A stretch of 64,000 bases of DNA from Octopus bimaculoides (taxonomy: Eukaryota), in contig NC_068984.1 in assembly GCF_001194135.2 (NCBI RefSeq), positions 66,009,323 to 66,073,322 on the forward strand. Reading direction: 5' to 3'. The notes under the pieces are model-generated. The model was given only the letters and a program-made list of their open reading frames with translations. It was not told where the DNA came from and ran no database searches. Each line of letters begins with the position of its first letter. The first letter of the stretch is position 1. Shown in pieces: positions 14,212 to 28,281 of the stretch. Position numbers and translations under genes: made by a program.

Positions 14212-16593
14212 ATAGAATACATCTAATATCTAGTGACACCTTAATTTTGTTTTTAGTTAGGGGGAAAATAATTTTATCAGTAACTGATACTTGTATTCAA
14301 TATTTCATATAGGGAAGGTTTGCTTAAAAGGTTCTAGCATTTCTTGTACAAAGTTGTATCATGTACAAACTAATGTATTTTATTACAATATAGCATTAGT
14401 ATCAAGTATGTTATGCTCCACTTCAAAAAAGAAAACTGCTTTCTAGAAAGGAACTTTTATAAGAAAACAAAAATACAATTCTTGACCAACTCTCTAAAAA
14501 GTATAAATAAATGAAAGTGAGATAGCAATATTTATAGGTGCAATGCAATTGTTATAGAATAATGACAAGCATCAGACCTTGAAATTAAACAAGATTAAAT
14601 AAGAATCGAGATAATAAATTTTAGACATCAAGATGCAATAAAATATTGAGATAATTTAAGACTGTGACTGAGGAAAATAACTTAGAATAACTGTAAAACT
14701 GATGCAATCAATTTTCCAACAAGTCTGTAGTGTTGTATATTTGAGACAAAAATGAAATATACCTTATCTTGTACGTCATAATTTGTCTTGCTAAAGAGAG
14801 AGTTGTGCAATAAAAAATTGATGATAATTAAAAGATCAAAATACTTATATGAATTAATCAACCAGTTTATTAAATTTTTAAAAAATAAGCATCAACTATT
14901 TTTCCAAGCTGCTAACTTACAGAGTTATGTAAAACATATCACCAACTTACACTAGTTTGAGTCATTTCTTGTTTGAAATCTAACATTTTAATTTCCATAT
15001 ACAAATTTCCTACATGTAAACAGCAGTAAAGTTTTCTCCTATGAAAAGCACTAACCAATACTTCTATTATGCAGTAGTTTTACTGATTATTTATGCCTGG
15101 TTTTTCAATTTATATATCAAGTTTCTGTTGCACATTCAGCAAATCACTATTCCTGTACAATCATTAAAGAACAATTGCACTGTTTCCTTGTGATGCTGCT
15201 TCAGAAAATTCTTTTTATAACTTGATACAAAAATTTGCTTGAGTTGAATGTTGACATATAGGACAGCATTTATGACCAATTACTGTACACAATATGGTTG
15301 ATTAAGGTTGACAAGTAAAGAAAATAGTCAACATCTGATAAACTCATTTTTGTTGTAAATGCCATGAAATGATAGACATTTTTGAAAGAAAATATATCAC
15401 AATGACTCATTTACAATGTTCAGTAGGTTGTAGGTCAAGAATACCATAGAAAACAATGAAAAATATTTTAACCTGTCCCTCAAAAAGCACTTCTATATAA
15501 AGTAACAGCAACAGCAGTAAAACGTATTGAAATTGCCTGTACAGGCCTTACAGAGAACACCTTCAAAATCCCATATAAAGTGTATATGCATTCCTTCAGA
15601 ACAGAGACAAAAACTGACTATACATTACAGTCCATATAGCTGGAAACTCAAAATTAATGCAACCAACATTATCCAAATAAAATGGAGTACTGGGGAAATG
15701 TAATACAATAAATTAACATGACATACTAGTGCATATGTGTATTACAAAGGATTATCATATAATAGCAAAAGAGGATATCCAAGAAATGAGATAATATTCG
15801 GATGCCACAACACACCATGGAAGAATAGATATCCTGTAAGAAAATTTGTAATTTAAATATGTTAACTACATCAATCTTTTAAAATTGTGAGAAGCAATGT
15901 AGAATATGTTCCATCTGGATCAAAGAACCAACTAATTGAGCATGCAGAATAACACTCTTAGTTATAATTAGGAGAATGAGTTGTTCTGTAGGTGCTATTC
16001 CAAAATCACTAGATTACATAACCATTAAATCACATCATCTGGTGTATCCAATGAAAATAGTGCTTGAAGCATTGTGCTGTGGCTCCTGGTACAGTCTAAT
16101 CTGCTGGTCATTTTTATTGTTGCTTGAAATATTGCATGGAGCAAGAAATTGCAGGCAGCAACAGAACAAATCTTCACTTTCAGATATATAACTGTTATAC
16201 GCAATAAAAATATTATTAAATTATCCACTTAAAATACCCATCTATGGATCATGCTTAATGTCAATACATTGTCAAAAGGCAAATTTACTGTGGTATTTAT
16301 CCAGAGATGGATCTTATGGACATGCTGTGTTTAAAAACACAAGATATATATATCAAAGACAAAAACCATCTTGGCAGCAGCTAGCAAGAATGTCAGATAC
16401 ATTTTGGCTTCATTGGTCCTTGTCCTTGGCATGTACTCATAGCCAACTAAAAGCTTAGATGAGATTTGTTACGTCCAACATGTAGGAAAACGATGAAAAC
16501 ATTAACTGGTATTGTAAATAACCACACAGAGGAATAAAGATCTATTATATGCAATAGAAGCAGCTATAAAAATCATCAAATTAAAATATCCAT

Positions 16594-16628
<35 letters not shown>

Positions 16629-16916
16629 NNNNNNNNNNNNNNNNNNNNNNNNNNNNNNNNNNNNNNNNNNNNNNNNNNNNNNNNNNNNNNNNNNNNNNNN
16701 NNNNNNNNNNNNNNNNNNNNNNNNNNNNNNNNNNNNNNNNNNNNNNNNNNNNNNNNNNNNNNNNNNNNNNNNNNNNNNNNNNNNNNNNNNNNNNNNNNNN
16801 NNNNNNNNNNNNNNNNNNNNNNNNNNNNNNNNNNNNNNNNNNNNNNNNNNNNNNNNNNNNNNNNNNNNNNNNNNNNNNNNNNNNNNNNNNNNNNNNNNNN
16901 NNNNNNNNNNNNNNNN
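16629..16916. other. Assembly gap flanked by (TA)n. The other gaps are 1705-1725, 5367-5597, 19083-19225, 23467-23935, 34410-34640 and 59837-59917.
   Basis: N runs read directly. Confidence 0.97.
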
Positions 16917-17119
16917 TATATATATATATATATATGTATGTATATGTATAAATATTTAATACCAACTTAGTAAGAAATTCAAAACATGTATTTCAAAGCT
17001 CCTACATGGTTATCGGCTACCATATACTCCTGTTACTGGATATTCATGTGCAACTATATTAGTTCATGCAGAATTGATATAAAAATTTACAAAACAGAAA
17101 GATGGAATGAACGGGCTTT

Positions 17120-17270
17120 AATCACAAGTCTCAACTGTTTCTGTGCAATGATAGCAGTTGTTAGTTACTGAGTTTTCCTTATCATACTATTAAATAAATC
17201 ATTGAATAAATAATTATATAAGTAAATTTGATCCAACTGCAGCTGTTTACTAGCACTTCATCAGGTGAAT
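17120..17270 (-). ncRNA. Degenerate type I hammerhead-like motif with long stem II (left arm)
   Basis: Minus strand: ATTCAC-CTGATGA-A-GTGC...~110 nt...GCAC-A-GAAA-CAGTTG...GTGATT. The core boxes are intact but the cleavage-site region is altered. Confidence 0.45.
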
Positions 17271-17755
17271 GACTTTGATAGCGCTACTGGATCACTTTTA
17301 GTTTCCCATAATTTTATATCCCTTTGTATTTTTAGCATTTTCTCTATACTGAGTAGTTTACGGATTCAAATAGACATAAGTCATAAAAATACCAAAAATA
17401 TTTAATGGCAGTAAAAATTTAAAAATATAAATTACAAAGAAAATAGACCAAATTTAGTTAATGGAAATAAAAATGGAAAATATAAATATAAATCAAACCT
17501 AAAGTTCTGTCTTTTTTCATTCTATCATAATTTTGTCTCCGTTTTTATGGAGATAGATTAACACTTTTAAGATAGATTAACACTGATATTTCCATTAACT
17601 AATTTTGATCTATTTGTTTTGTAATTTATATTTAAATTTTTTTACTGATATTACTCTTCTTTTAATATTTTTATGATTTATGATTATTTCAAACTATATG
17701 CTGTTCAGTATAGAAAGAATACTAATAATACAAAAGGGTACAAAACGATGAGGAA

Positions 17756-17897
17756 CTGATGAAGTGCTGGTACACAGCTGCTGTGGGATCATATTTATTT
17801 AAGAAATTATTTATATGATAATTTATTTTACAGTATAATATGAAAAAACTCAGCAAATAACAGCTGTTATTATTGCACAGACACAATTGTTGTGATT
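17756..17897 (+). ncRNA. Degenerate type I hammerhead-like motif with long stem II (right arm)
   Basis: CTGATGA 17756-17762; GTGC/GCAC and ACAGCTG/CAGCTGT pairings; GACA in place of GAAA; palindromic CAATTG; then TT and GTGATT. Confidence 0.4.
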
Positions 17898-17935
17898 TGG
17901 ACTAAAGCCTATTCATTCCATCTTCTTGTTTTATA

Positions 17936-17972
<37 letters not shown>

Positions 17973-19048
17973 TAGATCTACACTATTATTTTGAAACAAG
18001 TTTCAGAATAACAGCAGAGTATTTATTGACTAGGGGACACAATACAAAGAAAAAGTAAAACTTGAAGTCCACTCAACACTAATTTGATACTTTTTAATCC
18101 TGGATTATTGGGAAATCACTTCTGATATATCCAGGATATGATTATATTAAGGCTCTTGCATCAATTACAAGAAAAAATCTACTTGGCTAAGAAAATCTAC
18201 AAAAACATAAGAAATGTTAAAATGTGTTCAGAAGTAATAATTTCTTCTTGCTTTTTTTGTTTTTTCTTTTGTTTTATTAGTATAACAAATAGATGTTAGA
18301 GTTCATAACTTTTAGAAATTTCATATTCTTTACTTAACATTATGAACATGCCTTAAAGTAAATGGCAGTATAAGTTCAAGGAACAGCAGAGGTTGATTCT
18401 GAAGAAAGACTATACAAGATACCATTTTTTATATATACCACTCTGATATTGGTTGCCTTCTGGTCCCTTATGCTGAAAAAAGTAAACCATAATGGAACTA
18501 ACAATTTTAGTTTAAATATTGTCTATATTGAAGATATCCATTTCCATATACTTCTCAGAATATAAAAGAAACAATTTAAGTTGTTGACTATTATATATGT
18601 ATTAAATAAGTGCATATTGCCTAAGCTGATGCATCATGCAAACTTGTAGCATATTCAACACTGCTTATACATGGAAGAATATCAATGAGCTTCCAATAAG
18701 ATAATAATTATGAATATTGTAATATCCATATTACTTTACATTAGACTATTCAGCAATATTTCAAAAATACTATTTGGCAGCTGCAAAGAATTTATGAGAA
18801 TGGCTTATCAATTTACTCAAGCTAAACGCCTGACAAATGGAATATTTTTACTGAAAATTATGAAGCAGCTAAAGAACATCCATACAACTGCTGTTAGAGT
18901 AAAGATTTGCAAGTTAAATATTCTTTCATAATGTCCATTAAATTTAAGTTGATTGAACATTAGAAGTCAAAAAGAGGCTTTTATTTGAAATTAATGGCCA
19001 TTTCTCTATGAATAAAAACCTTGATCAAATTTTACAGTACATCTGATG

Positions 19049-19082
<34 letters not shown>

Positions 19083-20525
19083 NNNNNNNNNNNNNNNNNN
19101 NNNNNNNNNNNNNNNNNNNNNNNNNNNNNNNNNNNNNNNNNNNNNNNNNNNNNNNNNNNNNNNNNNNNNNNNNNNNNNNNNNNNNNNNNNNNNNNNNNNN
19201 NNNNNNNNNNNNNNNNNNNNNNNNNTATATATATGTATATATAGCATAACATTAAATAAAGCATAATTTCTATTCCTGCATATTTCATTCTTTCTTATTT
19301 ATTTCTTCATTTACGAGTTTCCTTTTGCAACACATGAAATTGTATCTGAGATAAGTGTCTATATTTCCTGCAATTGTTGCTATGTTTCCTGCAGTTCAAC
19401 TAATATCAATGAAACTCATTTTTATAATCTATTATAGTTGTTTTGAAATTTGTCTGTCTGTCTTCTGCACTTCTTTCTGCCATTATTATTAGTTATCTGT
19501 CTACATCTATGTCTGCTTCTTTCACTCTATTTCGATATGACTTATAAATGGTACTTCCTCAAATGCAATTCAATTTCAAATTGACTACTTGCTCTGTAGT
19601 CAATTCTTTTCCTCAGTGAAGAAAAGGGTCTTACATAGTTCATATCTGGAATATTTTCCATAACATTTACAATACAAAAGTTGTTACTGCTTGCAAAAGG
19701 AAAATTGAATAGTGAACTAGATTCAGAGCCACACACAGTTTTGAATAGCCATGTATTCTTCATATGGTTCAGATTTTTGCAAGAATGATCTTTGAAAGAA
19801 ATGACACAATTGGCAATAAAGGCACCAGCAGGGGCTCTACCTAAATCTAATATTTCATTACATGGAGCTGCTCTAATACTATTTTCAAACAAATATCATA
19901 GCTAGTTTGATATTCAGTATCAGCTTTTTATTGGCTATCTAATGGAATAATAAATAGTGATTAGTCTATGTTGTTATTCTTCTGTGCTGAAACATCTGAT
20001 GGAAGATTAAACATCTTTTTTTTTTATCAGTTCTGGTGCAAATAATACATATTTTTAATCTTATCCAATATAATAAAATGAAAAGCAGCAGCCACCTTAA
20101 AAGTTAGCTAGCAATGTTGAGACAATATTGCTTCAGAAATTGTAGTATGTATATGGCATAGCTATGTATGTAGATATCTTATTTCCAACTAACACATTAC
20201 AATACATGTAATGAATTTTAATTCTGAATCTGTGAACACTCAGCATATCAGATTCTTAATTACCATCAATTCTTCAATCGTAGAGTGATCTTCCAGATTA
20301 TAGCAATTGAATAACAGTTTGGTCAATTAATTCTATCCTTCCAACTTATCTTTGACTTCTGCCTCAACAGTTTCAATAGTATAATTGCCAGAAAATAACT
20401 GAATTTGAAAGTCAAATAATACAGTAAATTTTTAAACTGTCAACATGAAACAGATATTACTAAGTAAATAAATGAAATGAAGTATTTAAAACTGAATCAT
20501 ATATTTTGTTTTTCTGCTTGTTTAC

Positions 20526-20591
20526 TGAATATGATAACTTGGTTGTTATTGAATATGATAACTTTCTGTTGTTTATTGAATATGATAACTT
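20526..20591. repeat. Three-copy minisatellite with 15-bp core TGAATATGATAACTT (periods 24 and 27 bp)
   Basis: Core at 20526-20540, 20550-20564 and 20577-20591. Confidence 0.9.
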
Positions 20592-23500
20592 TAATGTAAT
20601 TATGTATTTGTTCTTTCCACTTTGGCTGAAGTTGAAGGTTTTTGCAAGTTCATGCGTCTGCAGGAGTTGCAGGAATCCTATTTTTGTAATACAACATAAA
20701 AAGTTTAGGAAATGTCATAATTACTTGTGCATTGCTTCAAGTAAATAATTTATGGTAGTAAAAAAAATATTTTTCTTACTAGAGATTCACATCACATACA
20801 TCTTCAGTTACTTCAACAATTTACTTGGAATTTGGTAATCAGAATCATGATTATTTTAAATCAACTACTTACTGTTATATTATTTTTAATGATAAAATAA
20901 AAACCAGTTAATAGAGAGTTAGTCTGACTTTAAAACATAAATTCACTAAAAATTACTGCAATAAATATCACACAATTACCATACAGAATAAAATCTATTT
21001 GATTTATCAGAATTATTCTGTTTATGAACAAAAATATAATTATATTACATAAAATGTGTTTTGCCTATGAATGCTCTGAGGTAACTTTTACTTGAAAAGG
21101 AATGGCTATTTGGTTAAAGATACAGAATACAAATATAAGAGATGAACCTTAAATTTAGTTGAATAGTGAGGAAGAAGAGGCATCTCACTGCTGTTGATGG
21201 TAGCCTTGTTAGAACTCAGTAAGAACTCCTAACAATATTCATCTCTGATTTTTTTTTTTGTCACATGTAGACTATCTAATATAATATCCTAGATAAAGAA
21301 TACTGCTCAAGCTAGTTTATTTTACATAATTTAAGCCAGATACATTTTATATTCATTCATATTCATTAATTAAATGAACTTTTCAATAGAGTCATGAAAA
21401 AGATTGGTATTCTATAGAGCAGCTTTTCAAACAATTCTGTACCTTCTCATGTGAGACAACCTTTTAATGTCTGATCTATCTATTTTATTCTCATTTTCCA
21501 CAGTTTCAAATAATCTTTGTTTTCATATCATAGTACTTTCTCATCCAACATGTATCACATATTTCTTTAGACCTCATCTCTATACAAGTACATAATTTCT
21601 ATTACAAACTGGAACCAATTGCTTTATCACTTGCATTCAAAACTGCCTTTCATCTTCAGGTTTCACAAACTGGTGAATGGTAGATAATATATGTATTTTT
21701 CATCACTACAGGAACTCCATTTTACTTGTCCATGCATCACTTCTAATCAAAATTGCTCTTTTTACAGAAAAGAATCATTGTGTCAACAATAAAAGCAACA
21801 CTGATGGAAACATTTTTCAAAATTGTTAACCTCATCTGTTCTGCATTTGTTATTTAAAATACAACATAGTGATTGTTTAGTATTTGCTTGACATCAGCCA
21901 TTCTGCACATAGATGTGCTTGTGCTGAAATAGAACTATTTACTTTATCTTATACAGTGTTTCTATGCTTGTATATGCTGTGTTACAGACAAGTAATATGA
22001 ATGTTTTGCCATCAGTACTTATAATAAATCATTTTAAGAGTCAAACAAATCAAAGCAGTTCAACATTTTGATCCAATATTTTACTAATATTTTACTAATA
22101 TTTAAATGATCAATGTTGCTAACTAATACTACACAATATCTATATTTCATAAGTCTGTTTGAGTTGAGAAAATTGAGCAGACACAACAATAACTATGTTC
22201 AATGTTACCAATTTCATGTTAACAATTTCATTTCCCCTTTTTAAACCTAATGGTTGCATGTAAACATTTACCTTGTTATTCAGAGAGAATTTCTTTCATA
22301 ATATATATTTAAAGACTGAGAATCGCAAAAGGTAGGTCAAACAAATCTGCATAATTTGTAACAATCTCATCAGTTTATTGAGCTTGCCCATTTTACCTAA
22401 ATGCTGCCCATTTTACCTAAATTTAAATAATAATGAAACAGTTCTCGAACAGTTCATGAGCCGTGTTACTTGAATTTATCAATACATGGAACTCCACTGA
22501 TACTTTGTTCTATATTTATAGTCACATTATCCAGTAGTTTACAAGAAGAAAATACTAAAATATACTGATAACATCAAAGTTGAGTCATCTACTATTGAAC
22601 TGCTGAATAATAATAAAAATCTTATTTTAAAAAAAATTGTACTTTTCTTCATCTGATATTCTCGTGGCTATATATGACATCACTACACATTTGATACAAC
22701 TTTTGACTATGTAGTCAAACTTTGGTATCATTTTATTACACACATTGATATATTGATTACATACACTTTATTCATATTTATATGCAAAACACATGCCTAT
22801 ACTGAAGGTTTTATCACTGCAACATACAGAGCAAAACTTACATCTAAGCTTCTTACCAATTCCTCTATCCATATTTCTAAAGATACAGCTTCAATGGAGG
22901 TACTTGTTAAAGAAGCAGATTATATGTGGCATGATTAATGCTTTATTCAGGTGTAACAGAATGCCCAATGATTTTAGAATATAAATTGTATATGATCTGT
23001 TGTAATGTAAATTTAAGAGACAACCTAAGTGAAATTTAGTTGAGCAGGTGATTGGATATCACAGGCCTTAATGTATATAAGAGAATTGACTGCTCTGATA
23101 AGGACATATAATGGACGACTGAATTATGCATGATAGGTGAATATTGTAATGATGAGACAACTACAGTTGAAACTGGCAAAAAAAAGAAAGATTTGGTTTG
23201 AACCTATACATTGAAACTTCAGAGTTGATATGGTACATGATCAAGAAGAATGAAAAGACAGTGTCTTGCAAACATGGCAGCATTTAAAACAATAATTTTA
23301 ATGATTGTACAGATGAAAATTATTTAAAAATTAATATTAGTATAATTTACAATAAAAAATTTGAAACACAATCACAATTTCAAGTATATTCTGGTGGAAA
23401 TAAAATATCACTCATTACCAGTATGATATATATATATACATATGCATATATATATATATATATATANNNNNNNNNNNNNNNNNNNNNNNNNNNNNNNNNN

Positions 23501-25393
23501 NNNNNNNNNNNNNNNNNNNNNNNNNNNNNNNNNNNNNNNNNNNNNNNNNNNNNNNNNNNNNNNNNNNNNNNNNNNNNNNNNNNNNNNNNNNNNNNNNNNN
23601 NNNNNNNNNNNNNNNNNNNNNNNNNNNNNNNNNNNNNNNNNNNNNNNNNNNNNNNNNNNNNNNNNNNNNNNNNNNNNNNNNNNNNNNNNNNNNNNNNNNN
23701 NNNNNNNNNNNNNNNNNNNNNNNNNNNNNNNNNNNNNNNNNNNNNNNNNNNNNNNNNNNNNNNNNNNNNNNNNNNNNNNNNNNNNNNNNNNNNNNNNNNN
23801 NNNNNNNNNNNNNNNNNNNNNNNNNNNNNNNNNNNNNNNNNNNNNNNNNNNNNNNNNNNNNNNNNNNNNNNNNNNNNNNNNNNNNNNNNNNNNNNNNNNN
23901 NNNNNNNNNNNNNNNNNNNNNNNNNNNNNNNNNNNTATACATGTATATCTATCCACATACATATATATATATATGAATAGGCATATTGCAGTAAGGATTT
24001 TATTTCATTATGACCTAATAGTTTGAATGAATTATGGTTAAATAAAATATGGCTAAATGAAAAGCTAAATACATTATCGTCTGTCTGCGAATCTATCATA
24101 CTAAACGAATTTCTGTAATCCAGTCTGGCATTTTCTGAACGCATTCAGTTAAATACTCACCAATAAATTTTGCATTGAATTCAAAGTCTGGAAGAATTTA
24201 GTACCAATACTGAATGTACATATTTTATTTATTGTTTCATTGTTTTTTTTAAAATTTAGCTATGAGGTAAGTAATGTGCTTTTTTTCCTTCAGTTTTTTA
24301 AATAAGAATAGAACTGTACTGTGTATATGTGTGTCAACGTAGCTCTGCATACACTAGTATCCCTATGCACACACAAATATAGTGCAAGTGTACCTGGTTG
24401 TTTAAGTGTATGGACACATCATATAATAGTGATAAGCCCTCAAAAAGTTGAGTTTCTGACCTACTTTGCTCAATTACATTTAACTTATATCTTGTACCAA
24501 TGAATTATGACTAAAATTAATATCTTGGAAACAGATGGACTTCACTCGGTTGAATATTTTTGTCACAATTCATTAAAGTGTAACACCCCAAACACCAATA
24601 ATGTACTGAAGAATGTTTCTGTTATAGAGTTAGAATACTTGATTTTGTTTGTTGTATAGAACAAGAATCATTTGGGAAAAGAATGATAACTTATTTTTCT
24701 TTCAGAACACATCCACTTAAAGAAAAATTTAGAGATAAATGGTTATTTATAAATCATTGATAGAAATAAAAATATACTTACTAATAACTACAATTTGTCA
24801 CAAATGTTTTGAATAGTCATAATCTTTATACTTATAAGCCATGGGATATATACGATGGATGTCTAAGTTATTTCTTACAGTAAAAAGTGTTGTTATTTAT
24901 TATAGGTTATGTACAGATACATTTCCTTAATTTTATTAAAAAAAAAATTCCACACCTACCTAACTTTAAAATATTCTTTTCTCTTAAAAGTGACTTTCTG
25001 AAGCAATAGATTATTGAAATAAGATAATTTGCCTTGCCTCTTGACATAACAAGAAAGTTGTCTGAAGGTTTTTAACTCATGATCATATTACCAGCAACAT
25101 AACCTTACAGCTAAGGTAGTTCTTTATCTATATAACGATATATTTATCAAATAATTCATATATTAAATAGAAATTACCTTTCATCAATTTATATAACCAG
25201 ATACCTGTAAAAGTGTTAAAGGCATGACAGTGTCAAGAAGAACTTAGTTCAGCTTGTAAAGGAGAGAGGTGAGTAGCAATATGTAGTCAGTTGTTTATAA
25301 GATGTGAAACTATTACCACTCCAGTTTTGAAGAGACGGCTGCAAAAGCATACAATAAAGATGTAGATTCCCTGTTAGGCATTTGTTAACTTAA

Positions 25394-25600
25394 CCCTTTT
25401 GATACCAACTCGCCTAAAACTGCCTCTTGCTCTGTAGTACAAATGTCTTGCTTTCAAAAGTTCCACCAAACCTTAGACATAATTAATGTTCCTAACATTA
25501 GCTTAATGATAACTAAGTTATTTTACGAAATTCTTTGTTATATTTAGAATTATTTGAAAGAAACACAGAGTATCTCAACAGAAATATTGTAACAAAAGGG
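25394..25600. mobile_element. piggyBac-type MITE (family shared with 63711-63930)
   Basis: TTAA-CCCTTTTGATAC ... GTAACAAAAGGG-TTTTAA. The internal sequence matches the copy at 63.7-63.9 kb. Confidence 0.85.
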
Positions 25601-28281
25601 TTTTAACACAGAAATTCCCATTCTGTAATCAGGTGTACAATGAGAAGTTTGCATAAGATGAACCATTCATGAGTGCTCATTTTCACAAAATAAGAAAGTT
25701 AAAATTCAAGTTAAGACTAGCAATGCCATTGATACAGAATTTAATGGAGAACAAGGAGTACTCTTGCAAAATAACAGTATATTCCAAATGCCTGTTTACT
25801 ATATTCCCTCTTAATAACATTTCATGCTTACTAAAATATTGTTCAATTTCAATGAAAACAAATGAAATGTATGATTGTCAAACTCTAGGCTGACGGTTTA
25901 TTTCATTTCTGGATCATTCCAAGTAATATGAAGACAGTAATGCAAGGGAGAATTCACAAGTATCTGGACCCAAAAGAAAAATAGTGAAGAGTGAGTTAAG
26001 TGAAATGTCTCATTCAGGAATTGAAACTCCATTAGACAATGAATATAAGATAATCAAGTTGAAGATGTACATAGTGACAACAATCATGAAAAAGACTTAG
26101 AAAGAAATGAAAAAGATAAAGAATATTTTGGTTCAATCAAAGTTTGCAGTCAAAATATTATATTGCAAAGAATAAAAGCATAAATTCTAAATCAACATTC
26201 TTGGTTTCTGAACTCTACTAAACATTGTAGTCAGATATTCTAATGTATTGAAATACGATAGCATTTATTTTGTACTGTATTTTCATTTTTCTTTACACTA
26301 ATATATTTTTGTTTCATTGATTGACACATAAATTGTTAAACCAATAAAAATGACCCATTCAATTATTTTGTAGTGTCAAGCTGAGACATAATATTGCCTC
26401 CATAATAATAATTTTAAACATCAACACAATTTAGATACATGAAACACTGTTACAGTCATTAAGCAGTAAAAGCTTTTTTGGAAGAATATTTGGAATCAAG
26501 GGTACTGCATAAATTTATATCATTTGTTTGCCTTTGAATCACACAAGCGCTCCAAGTCCATTAACTCTGCATGTTTCAATTTGTTGGACTGACAACAGGT
26601 TCCATTCCTATGCCAAAGTTATTGATAGAAATCATGAAGTAGTAAAAAATAGTATTTTAATCTAAACAATCCATTTTTCCCAATCTAGTATAAACAAAAT
26701 CAAATGAAGAAGAGTGGCAAACACAAAGAAATAATACAAAAGTCATTGTTTATCATGGTTTTCATTTCTTTCCATACTTCCCAAATCAGAAATATTTAGA
26801 TAACTAATTTCATTTAAAGAAAAGTTAAAAGGAGGGAAAAAACATGCCTAAGATATTTAAATAGTGACAATAATGTGATGATCCACGTAAATATTTCTTA
26901 AGAAATTCAACTTCTGAATTGATTTTCCATTTGGAAAATATTGAAAGAAATTATATGATTTCTATTATGGTGTTGATTCATGTAACCAAAATGTACATTA
27001 TGGTCACTGAGTGATTAGTTTACCAAAATTTCAAATATTTAAATACCATAATTTTCAGTCACTGAAATATGAGTATAGCAGTGATTAAATTTTAATTAAC
27101 ATCGTATCTCAATTGGGAAATGAAGAAGTTGATACAATCACTGTTTTCCCTAAATAACTTTGTGAGATTTCATATGCTGTGCACAAAGAATTTGCAACTT
27201 CAGCCATGTAACAGATTAATGTATTTCAAAAAAGAAAACAAAAAAGTAATTATTTCATTCATTCATTCATCATATTCACATATGTAATGTAAGTAAATAT
27301 AAGGTTTGCATTCTATTTTAGGTCAAAGTTTATTTTTTGTTTGCATATCACTGAAAAATAATAGCCAGAAATATTTCAATCTCAAGTACAATAACAGACT
27401 GTGTGATGAGGTGGAAAATTTGAAGATTGGAAAAAAAAAGAGAAACATAAAAATAGCAAAAGATTTACTAAAATCTTTAGTCAGTAAAACAGTTAATTCT
27501 GTTTTGATTTATTGAAGGTAGTTGCTTCTACTACTTGAAACTATATATTTTTCAAGTGTATAAACTATTTTTCAAAAACCTTCATTCAATAAAACAGTCA
27601 ATTCTACAATTTGTAGGATAAAAATAGTATTATTATTATTATGTAGGATAAAAATATGTGTGAACAAACAATTGTGAAATTAAAGAAAGCCATACCATAA
27701 ACATTCTTTACGGGGAACAAAAAGTGTCAGTGAAATTTATCATTCACCACTTTGTTTATGTATGAGGAAGAGATTTTACCTGAGGTATGTTAATATTATA
27801 GACAATATTATTATTTAAAAAATTCCCTTTGAGATTTATCAGATGTTACAAATATTACTAACATACCCACAATGAGCTTTAATATGTTTACTCAACCTAC
27901 TAGAAATGGCAGTCAAGTCCCCTTCAAATTACCCAGAACGATACATTAAAATCATGAAAACAGAATCTTGATAAGGAATGTTACTTATGGAATAGTTATC
28001 TAAATAAATGAAAATACTGTACACTATAAATGTAGTTTGGAGAACGTGGAATAAAATATATCTGGATTAAATGTCCATAGATAATACTGAATGACTATTT
28101 ATTAAGCCCTCACTGAGAAAGAAAACCTAAATTTCAATGTTAAAAAGCAACAAATATAATATTTATTTTTCTAAAAATTATAGTAGAGGTAAACTTATTT
28201 ACTAATTCTTTCTGGTACATTAAAATTGCACCATCTTTCCATCGACATAGTAACAGGTATTGAACAGATAATAATAATAAT

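Larger units (their letters stand above)
17083..17940. repeat. Large imperfect inverted repeat (arms ~17083-17469 and ~17587-17940, spacer ~117 bp), probably Penelope-like pseudo-LTRs
   Basis: The reverse complement of the left arm aligns along the right arm, e.g. TATTTCCATTAACTAA.TTTG.TCTATTT and CTGATGAAGTGCT.GTA.ACAGCTGC and TTCATTCCATCTT..TGTTTT.TAAATTT. Confidence 0.88.

Noticed and set aside
15380-16460. Hydrophobic, membrane-protein-like translations on the minus strand (similar at 9.1-9.6 kb)
   Set aside because: Multiple stops in every frame and no family motif. T-rich DNA gives F/L/I-rich peptides by chance.
22385-22422. Short tandem duplications (20-bp period here; also ~4905-4935, ~17530-17585 and ~41385-41430)
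   Set aside because: Ordinary slippage duplications with no further structure.
25650-26200. Coding-looking purine-rich stretch, possibly a transposase relic (similar at 18.7, 22.8 and 61.9 kb)
   Set aside because: No DDE or other diagnostic motif could be aligned with confidence.
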